64,000 bases of DNA from Tolypothrix carrinoi HA7290-LM1 (GTDB taxonomy: Bacteria; Cyanobacteriota; Cyanobacteriia; Cyanobacteriales; Nostocaceae). The stretch covers positions 1 through 64,000 of the forward strand of contig JAHHIK010000035.1 in the NCBI GenBank assembly GCA_019358935.1, written 5' to 3'. The notes under the pieces are model-generated. The model was not told the DNA's origin, did no database searches, and worked only from the letters and a program-made list of their open reading frames with translations. A program made the position numbers and the translations under genes. Below are positions 61,676 to 64,000 of this stretch, one piece after another (within the stretch, counting starts at the first letter, position 1; every line of letters begins with the position of its first letter).

Positions 61676-63070
61676 CTGCTATATGTATGATGAATGTATC
61701 TTGAACTGAGTTTGTTGCTACATTGAGGTAGAGTTATGTCCTAATAGACTATTTCCCCGACAAAACCTGACATTTCTTGACAAACCGCACCAAAAAACCG
61801 TTCATTTATTTTAAGAAAATTTACATCAACCGACTAGACTTACCTCGACAAGTTATGTGATGATTTGAAACGTGGTTGCTAAATCATCAAAGTAAATTTG
61901 TGTTGCTGACCTCTATTAAAACCAAGCTAAAATTGACATCAGCACAAAAAATTATGATGTCAAAACACGTTGGAATATCCCGATTTACATACAACTGGGG
62001 ACTGGCAACATGGCAAGCTTTATATCGGTCAGGATATCAACCAAATCATTTGATTTTAAAGAAATTTTTTAATAATGAAGTTAAACCAGTTTTGACATGG
62101 ATTAAAGAAAAAGGTATTTGTCAAAAAATCACAGAATTTGCTTTTGAGAATTTAGGGAAAGCCTTTAAAAACTTCTTTGAAAAACGTGCAGACTATCCCA
62201 AGTTTAAACGAAAAGGGAGAAATGACAGTTTTACAATTAATGCAGGCGGAAAACCAATAAATTTGGGTGGTAAACGAATAAAATTACCTACCATTGGATG
62301 GGTTTATACTTATGAATCTTTACCTCGCACAACAACCACAAAGCTCACTATATCTCAAACAGCAGGAGATTGGTACATTTCTTGTTCTTATGAAATAGCA
62401 GCCCAAATCACCAAAAAAGAATATGATTATGTCGGGGTTGATTTAGGGATAAAAACTTTAGCAACCTTATCAACAGGAGTGATTTTTGTCAACCCAAAAG
62501 CTTTCCAAAAAGCGGAAAAAGGGTTAACGAGATTACAGCGTCAACTTTCGAGAAAAGTTAAAGGTAGTAATCGTTATAAAAAACAAAAATTAAGAATATC
62601 TAAGGGGCATCGACGTATTGCTAATATACGTAAAGATGCCACCCACAAAGCAACTACATTTATCTGCAAAAACCACGCAGTAATTGCTTTGGAAGATTTG
62701 AATACTTCGGGGATGTTGAAAAATCATAAGTTAGCTGGTGCTGTCAGTGATGCCAATTTTTATGAATTTCGTAGACAGGTTGAATATAAAGTAATTAGAT
62801 ATGGTGGAACTGTCGTAAAAGTTGATAGATTTTATCCATCTAGTAAAACTTGTTCAAATTGTGGAGAAATTCGAGAAATTAGTCTCAGAGAGCGGGTTTA
62901 TGTGTGTCAGAAATGTCAGCACACTGCCGACCGAGATTTAAATGCATCTCAAAATCTGGAAAATTATGCACGGTTGGCTAAACCGTGTCTGGACGTTAAG
63001 GGATAACCGCTCCCATGCTCCCATTGAAACGTCAAGTAATGTCTAGTTTTGTCTAGATTTTATGTAGCAG
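61676..63070 (+). mobile_element. Non-autonomous tnpB-only element (IS607-like ends); left boundary uncertain (61676 or about 61716)
   Basis: Right end shared with the first element; left region has CTGCTATAT/TTGCTACAT and TAGAC/TGAC repeats; no tnpA ORF. Confidence 0.6.
61900..63006 (+). CDS. tnpB: RNA-guided nuclease TnpB, apparently intact (GTG start; TTG at 61876 is an alternative)
   Basis: RuvC D-E-D residues in GVDLG, LEDLN and DRDLNA; zinc finger CSNC/CQKC. Confidence 0.93.
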   Translation: MLLTSIKTKLKLTSAQKIMMSKHVGISRFTYNWGLATWQALYRSGYQPNHLILKKFFNNEVKPVLTWIKEKGICQKITEFAFENLGKAFKNFFEKRADYPKFKRKGRNDSFTINAGGKPINLGGKRIKLPTIGWVYTYESLPRTTTTKLTISQTAGDWYISCSYEIAAQITKKEYDYVGVDLGIKTLATLSTGVIFVNPKAFQKAEKGLTRLQRQLSRKVKGSNRYKKQKLRISKGHRRIANIRKDATHKATTFICKNHAVIALEDLNTSGMLKNHKLAGAVSDANFYEFRRQVEYKVIRYGGTVVKVDRFYPSSKTCSNCGEIREISLRERVYVCQKCQHTADRDLNASQNLENYARLAKPCLDVKG

Positions 63071-63122
63071 TTAACTTAGTCTGCAACATCTACCTAATTG
63101 GCGCTTTTGCCACAACGTTTTG

Positions 63123-64000
63123 ATGATTGGATTTTTAGAAAAATTTCGCACCGCGTTGGCTAAAAATAGGCGTGACTCGAAGTTGGAAGAAACAAGTGGA
63201 GATTCGCTAACTCCTCTGTTTTCTGTTCGTGATACTGCGCCTAATAAAGGCTGGCTGCAAACTATACTGATTGCTAGTGTGGGAGTGACTGTCTTCATTG
63301 CCGGAATTCGCGATTTGAGATGGTTGCAGCCTTGGGAGTTAAGAGTTTACGATCAAATGTTACGATCGCGTCCTCAAAAAGCAAGCGTAGACGCGGAGCG
63401 GCTTGTCGTGAGACATCGCCGTATTTTGTTAGTTACAATTACTGAAGCAGACATTAAACGCCAAAAATGGCCTTTGTCTGATGCGACAATTAATCAACTT
63501 TTAGACAAACTAGAGTCTTATCAACCACGGGTTATCGGCTTAAATATTTACCGCGATTTGCCTGTTGAACCCGGTTATAAACAGTTAGCAAATCGTCTTT
63601 CACGCCAAAATAATATTATCGCTGTCTGCGGATTCAGCAGTTTGGAAAATCCGGAAATTCCACCACCGCCGAGTGTCTTTGAAAAGAGAATAGGCTTTAA
63701 CGATTTGATATCTGACGAAAATGATAACATTGTTCGTCGCAGTTTGTTGTTTGCCCACTCAGACGACAAAAAATGTCAAACTACTGTATCGTTTGCTGCC
63801 TTACTTGCTATTAATTATTTACAAAAAGAAGGTATTGAAACAAGTTTCACCAAGCAAGAAATTAAAATAGGTAAAACTTTATTCCCAATTTTAAAATCTA
63901 ATTCTGGTAGCTATGAACATCTGGATGCAGCAGGCTACCAAATAATGCTAAATTATCGCCATCTTGATCGCCTTGCTGATAAAGTAACTCTTACAGAAGT
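63123..64000 (+). CDS. CHASE2-domain sensor protein, runs off the window
   Basis: LQPWELRVYDQMLRSRP...ILLVTITEADI...WPLSD...PRVIGLNIYRDLP...IVRRSLL; frame open to the end of the window. Confidence 0.9.
   Translation, partial: MIGFLEKFRTALAKNRRDSKLEETSGDSLTPLFSVRDTAPNKGWLQTILIASVGVTVFIAGIRDLRWLQPWELRVYDQMLRSRPQKASVDAERLVVRHRRILLVTITEADIKRQKWPLSDATINQLLDKLESYQPRVIGLNIYRDLPVEPGYKQLANRLSRQNNIIAVCGFSSLENPEIPPPPSVFEKRIGFNDLISDENDNIVRRSLLFAHSDDKKCQTTVSFAALLAINYLQKEGIETSFTKQEIKIGKTLFPILKSNSGSYEHLDAAGYQIMLNYRHLDRLADKVTLTE

Overview
This is 64 kb of chromosome from a filamentous, probably heterocyst-forming cyanobacterium, judged from dense HIP1 GCGATCGC sites, STRR heptamer arrays and Nostocales-type genes. 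Left to right: (1) an interrupted tnpB element. (2) A complete type I-D CRISPR-Cas locus: a 21-repeat array, cas2-cas1-cas4-cas6-cas5d-cas7d-cas10d(cas11d)-cas3' and a divergent WYL regulator. (3) A molybdenum-linked island: luciferase-like monooxygenase and hsdR-like pseudogenes, orphan nifH-nifE-nifN', an XRE/PBP (VnfR-like) regulator, mop, a porin, three modA genes, modBC and PEP-CTERM proteins. (4) A candidate RNA-repair/translation-stress run: an EF-Ts paralog, RNA ligase, two AAA ATPases, two GNATs and KptA. (5) A two-component cluster, Omp85, a Ser/Thr kinase, GT4, HPP, a second intact tnpB and a CHASE2 gene cut by the window edge. The best hidden signal is a solitary degenerate CRISPR repeat at 14406-14442 between cas3' and WYL. 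Its short spacer matches 17/21 nt (mismatches at 6, 10, 12, 18) to a site about 110 bp upstream that has a GTA PAM and overlaps a TATAAT -10 box. That promoter points at a structured leader and an unannotated 64-aa ORF, making this a candidate Cascade-repressed toxin/antitoxin or autoregulatory unit in type I-D. A recurring TACCAA-N5-TTGGTA palindrome marks the promoters of the Mo island. All calls come from reading the sequence by eye; no database searches were run.
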